Positions 17,628-26,695 of a stretch of DNA of 64,000 nucleotides are shown piece after piece (the first letter of the stretch is position 1; every line of letters begins with the position of its first letter). The notes beneath the pieces were generated by a model. It was not told the DNA's origin, did no database searches, and was given only the letters and a program-made list of their open reading frames with translations. Made by a program: the position numbers and the translations under genes. The DNA is from Elusimicrobia bacterium CG1_02_56_21 (GTDB lineage: Bacteria > Elusimicrobiota > Elusimicrobia > Elusimicrobiales > UBA9959): contig MNUR01000085.1 of NCBI GenBank assembly GCA_001871115.1, positions 22,060 through 86,059 of the forward strand. Direction: 5' to 3'.

Positions 17628-19304
17628 CTACTTCGTAAAATACGGGTGCTCCAGGTACGGCTTCTTCTCGGGCTTAACCTCGGTCTTCTTTATTTCCATC
17701 TCGCTGACCAGAATAGAAGGCGTAACTATGGTCCCGGGCGTGGTCCAGGCCAGATTATAAACATAAGCCTCTTTTGAGACCGCCGTTATGTCGCGCAGGG
17801 CCCGCAGGCTGGTTCCGGTGAACTCTATGCCGTGCACCGGTTCCTCCCGGCCGTCCAGGTATACCTTATAGGCGGTGAAAGGGCCGGCGAGGTCGCCCAG
17901 ACCGTCGAGCCTTATGCAGTATTCAAGTTCAACCTCCCGGCAAAGGTCCAGGAACTTTTTCTTAAGTTCCGTCAGGGAGACTACCCTGGCCGGATTGTCT
18001 TCCGGCAGGATAAAAACATTGGAAGGAGAGCCGGCGGGATATTCGCTGAAAGAAGCCCGGCCGTGGCCGTTGGATTTCTTAAAATCACGGGTAGCCGCCC
18101 TCGACATATAATAATCGGTCAGCTTGCCCTTCGTGACCAGGTTTATTTTCTGCGCCGGCACGCCTTCTTCGTCCGCCTCATAGAAGCCGGACAGCGGCAC
18201 GCCCTCATAATAGCGGGCGGAAGGGTCATCCACGACATTGATAAAAGGCGAGGTAACGCGCATCCCGAGGCGCTCGATAAGTTCCCCCGCCCTGCGGAAA
18301 ACGGTGTCGTTGGACCAGCGGTTCTTCTCGGTCCAGACCTCGCGCGGATTGGCCGCATTATTCACCAGCAGGGTCTCGAAAAACTTGCCCGCGGCGTCTT
18401 TTTCAAACAGCACCGGGCCTATATAAGCCTTTACCGGTTCCGACTTGCTCATCCGGGTCAGGTCCTGCCCCAGCAAGTCCGCCTCGGCCAGAAGCTTCTC
18501 CAGGGCGGGAGCGTCCTTGGCCAGGCAGAAGTCGTCGGTGCGGGAAGACCTGAGCCTGAACCCGTCCCTGGCGTAGCCGGCGGCCGCTATGGACACGGCC
18601 CCGGCGCAGGAAGGCTGGCTGTAGGCCGAACCTTCGCTGTTAAGATAGCGAACCCCGCCGGAATTAAAGTTCAAACGCACCGAGGAATACTTCACCTCCG
18701 GGTATTTAAGGAAGACCGCGGAAACCTTGCGGACGTTTTCCCGCCAGACTTCTTCATCCAGGCGCTCGGCCTTGAAAGCCCGGTACAGTTCAGACGGGGC
18801 CTGCGGCGCCATGTCTTCGTAGAGCTCGGCCATGTTCTTGGATTCCACGAACGCTTTTTTCTTGGACAGGGTCTCAAGAGCTTTTTTATAGGCTTTATCG
18901 GTAGCCGACCACACTGCGAAGCGCAGCGCGTCATAGTCGTCTTCGAGTGAAACAGACCAATCCGTTTCCGTCCGGTAGCCTTCCCAGGAAATAGGGGCGT
19001 AATGGCTATTGTCGAATTTGGGGCTGCCGGTGCGCAGGTCCACCTTAAGGCGGCGGTAATCCACGGAGTTCAGCGCCTCTACGGCTCCGAAGCCGGCCGA
19101 AACGCTGAAAGAATGCCCGTCACCGATATGATAGGACAGGAAATATGGCTTGCCCAAATTGTCCATATTCAGCTTTTCCATAGAGCGGGACATTTCGTCC
19201 TTCATTGCGGCAAAAACTTTATCTCCGGCCGGGGGAGCCGCGTTTACGCGGGCCGCGCAGGGCGCAGCGGCCAGGGCTAAAGAGAGCATTATTGTTTTTT
19301 TCAT
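17628..19304 (-). CDS. PmbA/TldE-like subunit of a TldD/PmbA-family metallopeptidase, with signal peptide
   Basis: The ATG at 19304 gives MKKTIMLSLALAAAPCAARVNA, preceded by AAGGA. Length and C-terminal core resemble TldD/PmbA, and the gene is paired with the upstream HExxxH protein. The longest ORF starts at 19391. Confidence 0.65.
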   Translation of the reverse strand: MKKTIMLSLALAAAPCAARVNAAPPAGDKVFAAMKDEMSRSMEKLNMDNLGKPYFLSYHIGDGHSFSVSAGFGAVEALNSVDYRRLKVDLRTGSPKFDNSHYAPISWEGYRTETDWSVSLEDDYDALRFAVWSATDKAYKKALETLSKKKAFVESKNMAELYEDMAPQAPSELYRAFKAERLDEEVWRENVRKVSAVFLKYPEVKYSSVRLNFNSGGVRYLNSEGSAYSQPSCAGAVSIAAAGYARDGFRLRSSRTDDFCLAKDAPALEKLLAEADLLGQDLTRMSKSEPVKAYIGPVLFEKDAAGKFFETLLVNNAANPREVWTEKNRWSNDTVFRRAGELIERLGMRVTSPFINVVDDPSARYYEGVPLSGFYEADEEGVPAQKINLVTKGKLTDYYMSRAATRDFKKSNGHGRASFSEYPAGSPSNVFILPEDNPARVVSLTELKKKFLDLCREVELEYCIRLDGLGDLAGPFTAYKVYLDGREEPVHGIEFTGTSLRALRDITAVSKEAYVYNLAWTTPGTIVTPSILVSEMEIKKTEVKPEKKPYLEHPYFTK

Positions 19305-19314
19305 GGCCTTGTCC

Positions 19315-21015
19315 TTATTTGGCCGCCCTGGGGGCGCGCGCCGGCGGTTCCAGCACCGGCGGTTTCTGCTGGGATTTCTGGGATTTCTCAACCTCCATCT
19401 CGGTTATCAGCACGCTGGGAGAAATGGCCGAAACGGGGACCCAGCCGGATTCCGCGCCGCAGGTTCCGTTGAACACCGCGTCGTCGTCGGCCGCGGCGGC
19501 TATCTTGGCGAAGCTGGTTATAGGCGTACCCACAATATCCACGCCGCGCACCAGCTGGTCCGGGCGGCCGTCGGTGTAAACCCTGTAGACCAGGAGAGGC
19601 AGAACCTTGAAAGACTGGCCCGACCCCCTGCCGGTATTAGTGAAGCCGCCGGAGATATCCTCAAAAACCAGGCCGAAAGGCTTGCCCTGCTTTACGCATT
19701 CCTCAATAAGCTGCTTGTGCAGCTCCGGGTAGGTGCTGGTGACGGAGGCCGTCATCCTGAGGTTGCCCATCCGCGACACCGTAGGAAGCCCGGAAGAACG
19801 CCGGCCGTGGCCGTTGGAAGCCGGGAAGCCGCGTATCGGAGAGCGGTTCATCAGGAACCCTTTCAGCACGCCGTTCTCTACCAGGCTGGCGCGCTGGGCT
19901 TTAACGCCTTCGTCGTCGTAACGGTAGAAACCGCGCAGCGGGATGCCGCGGAAATCCCTGATAGCAGGGTCGTCGTAGAGAGTAATAATGTCCGAGGTCA
20001 CTTTCTGCCCCACTTTCTTGGCGAAGGTCTGGCCGGAATCTTCAAGCTTCTGGCGGTGCCCTTCCAGGCGGTGGCCTATGATCTCGTGGAAATAAACGGC
20101 GGCCGCGCGGGCTTTTAAGATGGCCGGCCCGCTGTAAGGCTCAACAACGGGGGCGTCCTTAAGCGCCTTTAATTCCGCGATGGAGCGGTCGATATCGGCA
20201 TTGACCTTTTCCTCCGAGGGCAGGCCGGCGAATGAGTCCGCGGCATATTGCTCGCCGCGGCTTATCTCCATGCCGTCGGTGGTGCGGCTGGTAAGAAAAT
20301 AATTAAGCGTCAGATAATTGTTCCCGGTTTTTATCCTCGTCCCTTCGCTGTTAACCAGGTAGCGGTTCTCGTTCTCGTAACTTAAGGTCGCACCGGAATC
20401 GTAAATATACGGATAGCCGGCCAGGCGGGCGGAATGTTTTTTCAGGCGCGCGCTCCAGGCGGCCTTGTCCGGGGCCGGGAGGGTTACGGTTTCGTAAAAA
20501 ACCTCGGCGGCGGCCGGGGAGAAGTCGGGGGAGGGATCGTCCTCGGCCGCGGTCACGGCCTTGTTCATCTTAACCTTGGTAAAACTCTCCTGCGCTTTCT
20601 TGTAGACTTTATCGGTGTATTCCCAGATGCGTGCCCGGAGCGCGTCCTCATTGCCTTCAAGCGCCACGGGCAGGTCCGCCGTCTCCGCGTAGTTCTGCCA
20701 GGCCGCCCCGCCTTTTACCTGGTGGGTATTATCCAGCTCCATATTGTTTATGCGCAGGTCTATATCCAGCTTGCTGGTCTCAAATCCGGTTTCATAGTCC
20801 AGGGCCCCCAGTTTGGAGGAGAGATACCCGACTTTGGATTTTGTCAGCTCATAGCCGAGATAGTAAAGCGGGACTTTTTCCGCTTTTTTAAGCCCGGAAA
20901 ACGAGCGGTCAAGTTCTTTGACCAGGGCGTTCATTACCAAGTCTTTGCTTTGTTCGGAGGCTGAAAGGACCGAAGGGAAGATAAAAATACAAAATGACAG
21001 GAACAGTTTAAACAT
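19315..21015 (-). CDS. TldD-like zinc metallopeptidase, with signal peptide
   Basis: HEIIGHRLEGHRQ matches the TldD HExxxH motif. Signal peptide MFKLFLSFCIFIFPSVLSA. Confidence 0.75.
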   Translation of the reverse strand: MFKLFLSFCIFIFPSVLSASEQSKDLVMNALVKELDRSFSGLKKAEKVPLYYLGYELTKSKVGYLSSKLGALDYETGFETSKLDIDLRINNMELDNTHQVKGGAAWQNYAETADLPVALEGNEDALRARIWEYTDKVYKKAQESFTKVKMNKAVTAAEDDPSPDFSPAAAEVFYETVTLPAPDKAAWSARLKKHSARLAGYPYIYDSGATLSYENENRYLVNSEGTRIKTGNNYLTLNYFLTSRTTDGMEISRGEQYAADSFAGLPSEEKVNADIDRSIAELKALKDAPVVEPYSGPAILKARAAAVYFHEIIGHRLEGHRQKLEDSGQTFAKKVGQKVTSDIITLYDDPAIRDFRGIPLRGFYRYDDEGVKAQRASLVENGVLKGFLMNRSPIRGFPASNGHGRRSSGLPTVSRMGNLRMTASVTSTYPELHKQLIEECVKQGKPFGLVFEDISGGFTNTGRGSGQSFKVLPLLVYRVYTDGRPDQLVRGVDIVGTPITSFAKIAAAADDDAVFNGTCGAESGWVPVSAISPSVLITEMEVEKSQKSQQKPPVLEPPARAPRAAK

Positions 21016-21101
21016 TTAACCTCCGTGGCGGGGCTTGCTATCAATAACCGGCCCTTTAGGTAAATTGTATAAAATCCCACCCCTCCTGAGTCTTAATAAT
21101 C

Positions 21102-21479
21102 TTGCCCCGCAACCCGACAGCCCCTTGTCGGGCTCGTCTGCTATGCTATATGAAGTTAATGACGCAGGGGACAGGGGGGTTTATGAAATGGAATGTTAAA
21201 GAATGGGTTACTGAAAGCTACCGCGCGCGCAAAACGGGCGCGCTTACAGCGTATATCTACCGCTCTCTTAAATGGCCGGACTTTTACAGCAGCTGCGCGC
21301 CGGCTTACGAAGTAAGGTACGGGGGCGCGGTAATAGCCATTATCAGGTTTGAGGGAAAAGGCGCCACGGTGCGGTCCCTGGCCGCGGCCGGAAGCTTCCC
21401 CGAGATAACAGACCTGGATTTGGTTGAAATGGCGCTCTGGGTGAGCAAGCTGCGGGCGGCCTGCTCAGGCCTTAACTGA
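21102..21479 (+). CDS. Hypothetical protein
   Basis: 125-aa ORF only. The start is uncertain and it converges on the rhomboid gene with a 15-nt overlap. Confidence 0.3.
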   Translation: MPRNPTAPCRARLLCYMKLMTQGTGGFMKWNVKEWVTESYRARKTGALTAYIYRSLKWPDFYSSCAPAYEVRYGGAVIAIIRFEGKGATVRSLAAAGSFPEITDLDLVEMALWVSKLRAACSGLN

Positions 21480-22142
21480 GGCTTTATCTTCGAAAAGGCA
21501 GGAGGGCAGGGTGAAACCGAAGATGATGCCGGCAGCCAGGCCGCCGAAATGGGCCCAGTTGTCCACATAGGGGGTAAGTACGCCCATCAGAAGCTGGAAA
21601 GCCCCCCAGCCCAGCAGAGCGGCGCCTATGCGCCGGTCCCGCACGTGGAAAGAGCCGCGGTAGCGGTAGAAGAAAACTATAGCAGCGCCCATCAGCCCGA
21701 AGATGGCACCGGAAGCGCCTACTGCCGGCTTGGGCTGCATAAAGGCGCTTACAAAAGAAGCGGCCAGGCCGCTGAAAAAGTAGATATAAAGGGCGCGCAT
21801 ACGGCCCCACGCGCGCTCGGAGGCCAGGCCCAGCACATAAAGCGCCAGGCAGTTGCCTAAAAGGTGGCCGTAGCCGCCGTGCAGGAACATCCCCGTGGCC
21901 AGGCGCCAGCTCTGGCCGGAAAACACCTTTTCCCCGTAAATAGCCCCGGCGGCTATTATAGCCGCCTTGCTTTTAAGCGCGCCCGCCTTAAGCTCCCAGG
22001 CGAAAGCCAGGATATTGGCGGCTATAAGCGCCAGCGCAAATACCGGCGTGGCCGACATCCCTTTCTCAAAATCTATCCGGGAAGGCCTGAAAGGGTCCTC
22101 GGCCAGCATATCCGGAGTTATCTTCCTGGGAGGCTCAGGCAT
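21465..22142 (-). CDS. Rhomboid-family intramembrane serine protease
   Basis: Catalytic GASGAIFGLMGA and downstream WAHFGGLAAG, plus LHGGYGHLLGN. Confidence 0.85.
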   Translation of the reverse strand: MPEPPRKITPDMLAEDPFRPSRIDFEKGMSATPVFALALIAANILAFAWELKAGALKSKAAIIAAGAIYGEKVFSGQSWRLATGMFLHGGYGHLLGNCLALYVLGLASERAWGRMRALYIYFFSGLAASFVSAFMQPKPAVGASGAIFGLMGAAIVFFYRYRGSFHVRDRRIGAALLGWGAFQLLMGVLTPYVDNWAHFGGLAAGIIFGFTLPSCLFEDKASVKA

Positions 22143-23047
22143 CAGCGCTTCTCCCCGGTGTCCAGCATTATGCCCAGGGCCAGGGAGATGCGCCGGTCCA
22201 TAGAGCGCAGGGAATCTGAAGACAGATCCAGCACATAGCGGTCAAGTATAGTCAGCTTGCGGTTAAACTCGCCCACCATGTTCCCGGCCCGGTTATATAT
22301 TATGAAGTCGGTGCGGAGCAGTCCGAAGAAACTCCCCAGGAAACGGCGGAGTATGGACAGGATCATCGAGTCCTCTTTAGCTATAAAGCGGGAAGTTCCG
22401 CTGCTGTCCTGGCAGTACCAGCGTTTGCGGAAGATATTATGGAGGCGCTTTTTTACCAGCCTTACCACCGGGGCGCTCTGCGTGTCCAGCACGGTGAAAG
22501 CGGCGGTCAGTATCTGTATCTTGCTGTCCTGCAGTATAGTAAGCAGGATCTCGGCCTTGCTTTCATCGCGATAGACGGTGATATGGCGCTTTTTAGCCAG
22601 CAGCGCCGCCGTAAAATAAATTACGGGGATAGCGCCGAAAACGGCCCAGAATGATAAAAAAACAAGGAGTAAAGGGTCCCCGCCGCCGCTTTTAAGGACG
22701 GCCCGCACTGCGGCCGAGCCGAAAAAATTAAGCAGTCCGGCGAAGATCCCGGCGAAGATTGCGAGCACATTGAGAAAGATATAGCGGGGCCGCTCTACGT
22801 ACATAAGCGGGGCGCCGGCTTCGTCCGCCACGCCGTATTTCTCGCGGATAGCCATATGCTTCTGGTTAAGCAGGAATTTATCGCGGGCGAAGGCGGGGTC
22901 GCCTTCCTGGGCGTGCACCGGGGGAGCGGGAGGAAGTGCGGGGACCTCTATGCCTGCGCCGCACTTGGGGCAGGCCAGCGAGGAACCGGCGTATTCGTCT
23001 TTAAGATTATAGGCCGCGCCGCAGGCGCAGTTTACGTTAACGGACAA
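22142..23047 (-). CDS. Zinc-ribbon protein with a scramblase/LURP-one (tubby C-terminal-like) domain interrupted by TM helices
   Basis: N-terminus CACGAAYNLKDEYAGSSLACPKCG. YxjI/scramblase-like strands (FLLNQKHMAIREKYGVADEAGAPLMYVERP; DFIIYNRAGNMVGEFNRKLTILDRYVLDL). Its stop codon overlaps the rhomboid start by 1 nt. Confidence 0.5.
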   Translation of the reverse strand: MSVNVNCACGAAYNLKDEYAGSSLACPKCGAGIEVPALPPAPPVHAQEGDPAFARDKFLLNQKHMAIREKYGVADEAGAPLMYVERPRYIFLNVLAIFAGIFAGLLNFFGSAAVRAVLKSGGGDPLLLVFLSFWAVFGAIPVIYFTAALLAKKRHITVYRDESKAEILLTILQDSKIQILTAAFTVLDTQSAPVVRLVKKRLHNIFRKRWYCQDSSGTSRFIAKEDSMILSILRRFLGSFFGLLRTDFIIYNRAGNMVGEFNRKLTILDRYVLDLSSDSLRSMDRRISLALGIMLDTGEKR

Positions 23048-23094
23048 GGCACCCCCTTAGTGCTCCGCTGTCACCGTGACGGCGGCTGAAAATA

Positions 23095-25029
23095 TTAAAC
23101 AAGCTGTTTTATCCTGGCAACCAGGTCCGTAATAGATTCTGTCATCTTGGAACAATCGATGTAGGTCTCTAAATTAAGTTTCTGCCTGCCGTCCGGAGAG
23201 CACCAGAAAACCCGAAAGAGCAGGCCTTCTTCGGTAAGCTCGGCGTGGGCGCCCAGCGGGGTGGCGCAGCCGCCTCCGAGGGTAGCTAGGAAAAGTCTTT
23301 CGCATTCGGCGCAGATGCGCGTGCGGGCATGGTCCAGCCGGCGGACCAGGCGCATGGTCTGCAGGTCGGCCGTGGCGGCCTCTACGGCTATAATTCCCTG
23401 GCCGGGGGCCGGAACAACTTCATCGGCGGTAAAAACCTGGGTGATCCTGTTTTCAAGGCCCAGGCGCTTCAGGGCGGCGTAAGCCACCACTATTGCGTCG
23501 CACTCGCCGCGGTCCAGCTTGGCCAGGCGGGTGTCCATATTGCCGCGCAGGGGGCAGAACACAGCGCCGGGCTTGAGCCTGGCTATCTGGAAGCGCCTCC
23601 GGGAAGAGCCGGTGGCGATCTTCGCCCCGGGAGGCAAATCCGCCAGGCTGCAGCCGGTGCGGGTAATAATAGCGTCGCGCGGATCCTCGCGCTTTAAATA
23701 AGCCCCTATCCTCAGGCCTTCGGCCAGGTCGCCGGGCAGGTCTTTAAGGGAATGCATGGCCAGCTTTATCCCGCCGTCCAGGAGGTCTCGCTCTATTTCT
23801 TTTACAAAAAGGCCTTTACCGTCCGCGGCTATAAGCTTCTCCACCGGATCGGTCAAAAAAATGTCGCCGCTGGTCTTTATGATCTTCTGGCTTATCTCTA
23901 CGCCCTCTTTCCTCACCAGGTCGCAAATGATATTAGTCTGCGCCAGGGCCAGGCGGGAGCCGCGGGTCCCTATCCTCAGGGGCTCGGTAAAAACCGCGGG
24001 GTCCACGGAGGAATCCTGCGAGAACTTCTCCCAGATCTCCGCGCTCTTGGCGTCTATTATGCCCTGCGCCTTCTTTATTTCCTCCGAGAGCTGGGCCAAA
24101 TTCTCGGCCACTATCCGCTCCAGGTCGTCGATATTGTAAAGGTAAACATTGGAAAGGCTGCCCACCTCGGGCTGGATATTGCGGGGCACCGAAATGTCCA
24201 CCAGGAAAATAGGGTTGCCGTGGCGCAGCGCCATTATCTTCTTCATCCCGTCTTTGGTTATTACGGGCTCGGAAGAAGAGGTGGAAACCAGGACCACGTC
24301 GGCTTCGGAGAGGGCGGTCTCGAGGTTCTCCCAGGGTACGCTCTGCGCCGAAAACTTAGCCGCCAGCTCCTGGCCTTTGGCCCGGGTACGGTTGATAACA
24401 GTAAGGGCGGCTTTCTTTTCAGCGAAGGCCGAGGCGGCGGCTTCGGCCATCTCGCCGGCGCCCAACAGCAGCACCTTGGCTTTGTCCAGGTCGCCGAAGA
24501 TGCGGCCGGCGTACTGCACGGCCACAAAAGCCACCGAGCGGCCGCCCTGGCTTATCTTGGTATTCGCGCGCACATGCTTGCCCACGCCTATAGCGCGCTG
24601 AAAAAGGGTATTGGTCAGGCGGCCGGTGGTTCCCGCGCTTTTGGCCCCGTAGTAGGAATCTTTAAGCTGGCCCAGGATCTCGTTCTCCCCCACCACCATC
24701 GAGTCCAGGCCGCAGGCCACATTGAGCAGATGGTCCATGGCCTCTTTGCCGGTCTTGCTGTACAAATGTCCGCCTGAAGACTTATTGTCGTCGTACTGGG
24801 ACTGGTCGCTTAAGAACCCTATCAGGGCCGTTTCGCAGTCTTTCTTTTTTCCCACGGCGTAAAGGTCCACGCGGTTACAGGTGGAAACCCAAACCAGCTC
24901 TTCCGCCGCCAGCTTGCCGCTGGCCAGAGCCCTGAGCAGCAGGCGCTTGCGCTCGGGGCTTATGCTGAAAGCCTCCCGTGTTTCCACGGTACAGGTTTTA
25001 TGAGAAAGGCCGACAAGAACTAGTTCCAT
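23095..25029 (-). CDS. hemA-hemC: Bifunctional glutamyl-tRNA reductase / hydroxymethylbilane synthase (HemA-HemC fusion)
   Basis: HemA: VSTCNRVDLY and NADPH site LLLGAGEMAE. HemC from about residue 347: LRIGTRGSRLALAQT...KTSGD...GNMDTRL...GGGCATPLG. One uninterrupted 644-aa ORF. Confidence 0.9.
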   Translation of the reverse strand: MELVLVGLSHKTCTVETREAFSISPERKRLLLRALASGKLAAEELVWVSTCNRVDLYAVGKKKDCETALIGFLSDQSQYDDNKSSGGHLYSKTGKEAMDHLLNVACGLDSMVVGENEILGQLKDSYYGAKSAGTTGRLTNTLFQRAIGVGKHVRANTKISQGGRSVAFVAVQYAGRIFGDLDKAKVLLLGAGEMAEAAASAFAEKKAALTVINRTRAKGQELAAKFSAQSVPWENLETALSEADVVLVSTSSSEPVITKDGMKKIMALRHGNPIFLVDISVPRNIQPEVGSLSNVYLYNIDDLERIVAENLAQLSEEIKKAQGIIDAKSAEIWEKFSQDSSVDPAVFTEPLRIGTRGSRLALAQTNIICDLVRKEGVEISQKIIKTSGDIFLTDPVEKLIAADGKGLFVKEIERDLLDGGIKLAMHSLKDLPGDLAEGLRIGAYLKREDPRDAIITRTGCSLADLPPGAKIATGSSRRRFQIARLKPGAVFCPLRGNMDTRLAKLDRGECDAIVVAYAALKRLGLENRITQVFTADEVVPAPGQGIIAVEAATADLQTMRLVRRLDHARTRICAECERLFLATLGGGCATPLGAHAELTEEGLLFRVFWCSPDGRQKLNLETYIDCSKMTESITDLVARIKQLV

Positions 25030-25042
25030 TGTTTAGTATTGC

Positions 25043-25906
25043 TCAGAAGAATTTATGATAAGCGATTACCCGGCTAGACAGCACCAGGGTTGCGGCTATA
25101 AGGATAAAACCGGCCACATTCGCCCAGGCGGCCTTGGTCCCGCGCCAGTCTCCGTACTTCCGGAGCGCCAGGTACAGGCCGTAAACGGCCAGGGTGGCCA
25201 GCGCCCCAAGTTCTTTAACGTCGGAGCCGGGCAGGCGGGAATACTTTACGTAAAGCTGCACGCTGGCAATTACAAAGCCGGTCAGAAAAAGAGGGAAACC
25301 TATTTCCACCAGCCGCCAGATAAGTTTATCCATGTCGCCTATGGAAGGCAGAGCGAAAGCCGCGTCATGGGATTTGCGGGTTCTGAGCTCCCTGTCCGAA
25401 AGCAGCAGGGAGGAACTAGCCCCGAAAGCGTTTATGAACAGGGCGTAGGAAACTATGAACAGGACATTATGCAGGGCTGAAAGGCCGCTCCTGGCCTGAG
25501 ACGAGAAAGCTTCAAGTCCGGGAACCGCGGTAAAAAGCGGGAACGCCAGCGCGATCAGGCTCCAGGGCAGGACGAAAACAAAAGTAAGGCCGGTACCCCT
25601 GCGCAGCTCAAGCAGCAGCAGCAGGGCGTTTACGCAAAGGCCGAGCGCCAGAACCATCCCCCGCGGCGTATTGAGCGGGGTGATATATAAATTCTCGGGG
25701 ACGATCCAGAAATAAAGGGTCAGCGCTATGAAAGCCGCCGCCTGGAGGATAACCGCGCCTCCCAGAAAAGCCAGCGCGGCTTTAAAAACTTTTTCTATCC
25801 GGTTGAAGACAAAGAATATCCCCGTAGCCAGGGCCAGTAGCGTAAAGCCGAAAGCCAGCCTTACGCAGAAGGAAGAGATCGCCGAAAAATCAGGAATATC
25901 GCCCAT
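25043..25906 (-). CDS. CcsA-family / HemX-like cytochrome c assembly membrane protein
   Basis: Polytopic protein with a CcsA-like C-terminal third. It sits next to hemA, as HemX does in hemAXCDBL operons. The ATG at 25906 lies 4 nt from the upstream stop. The longest ORF starts at 25999. Confidence 0.65.
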   Translation of the reverse strand: MGDIPDFSAISSFCVRLAFGFTLLALATGIFFVFNRIEKVFKAALAFLGGAVILQAAAFIALTLYFWIVPENLYITPLNTPRGMVLALGLCVNALLLLLELRRGTGLTFVFVLPWSLIALAFPLFTAVPGLEAFSSQARSGLSALHNVLFIVSYALFINAFGASSSLLLSDRELRTRKSHDAAFALPSIGDMDKLIWRLVEIGFPLFLTGFVIASVQLYVKYSRLPGSDVKELGALATLAVYGLYLALRKYGDWRGTKAAWANVAGFILIAATLVLSSRVIAYHKFF

Positions 25907-25910
25907 TGTA

Positions 25911-26663
25911 TCAGCGCTTGAACGCGGTTTTCCCCAGGATAACTGCGTAGCTGTAGCCGGAGCCGAAATCTTTATCTTTGGCAACGGTGCCGCGGGCAAT
26001 CACGGTCTCGCCCACTTTAACTACTTCGGAGGTGGTGGCCAGCAGGTCGTGAGTGGCGGCTTTAGCGTCGCCGGAACCGTCCTGGATATGCACCCAGTTG
26101 CGGTCCATGATCTCCGTGGACACCTTTACCACTTTCCCCCTGACGGAAACTGTCTTGCCGTCCAGTTCTTTCCGCTTGCTGAAGATTTCGGCGACGGTAT
26201 AACCGTCCTTACCTTCGGCTTTGGAGATCCTGACGGAGAGCTGGCCGGAGACTTTTCCATGGGAAGCCGCAATCTGGGCTGCCTGGGCCATATGCCCGCC
26301 CTGTGCGCTGCCGTCCGAGAATATGATCTTTTTAAAAGTCCGGTTCAGGGTCTTGCTGCGGAAGTCGTTCATTACTATGCCGCCGGCAAAATAAACTTCT
26401 TCGCCTACTTTCACCTTGCGCTGGGCCGTAGCCACCCAGACTGATTCCGTCCCCTGGGCCAGCCTGATATAAGTGTATCCGCCGGAATCCATGGTCTCGG
26501 CCACTTTGCCGGTCACGGTCTCCTGCGCGGCAGCGGGCATCATAGCTTCCGAGTGACCGGCTTCCCGGGCAGGATCCACGGCTTTGTCTTTGGCCCGCAG
26601 GAAAGTCATTACCGCAAAGCCGCAGACCGCGAAAACCACGGCAAAATAAATATTACGGCGCAT
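25911..26663 (-). CDS. Membrane-anchored protein with two OB-fold-like repeats, possibly NrfJ-related
   Basis: TM anchor IYFAVVFAVCGFAVMTF. Two repeats of the type GKVxxxxDSGGYTYIRL...VxxG / GKVVKVSTEIMDRNWVHIQDGSG. AGGAGG-like Shine-Dalgarno before the ATG at 26663. Confidence 0.45.
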   Translation of the reverse strand: MRRNIYFAVVFAVCGFAVMTFLRAKDKAVDPAREAGHSEAMMPAAAQETVTGKVAETMDSGGYTYIRLAQGTESVWVATAQRKVKVGEEVYFAGGIVMNDFRSKTLNRTFKKIIFSDGSAQGGHMAQAAQIAASHGKVSGQLSVRISKAEGKDGYTVAEIFSKRKELDGKTVSVRGKVVKVSTEIMDRNWVHIQDGSGDAKAATHDLLATTSEVVKVGETVIARGTVAKDKDFGSGYSYAVILGKTAFKR

Positions 26664-26695
26664 AAGTTCCTCCGGTGAATAGTACTTCTTAGATC

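Noticed and set aside
17832-18950. Long plus-strand ORFs antisense to real genes (also 19150-20118, 23752-24777, 36786-37751, 40136-41080, 53738-55015)
   Set aside because: They mirror recognisable minus-strand genes, are rich in Arg/Gly/Pro/Ala with no motifs, and are the expected stop-poor antisense frames of GC-rich coding DNA.
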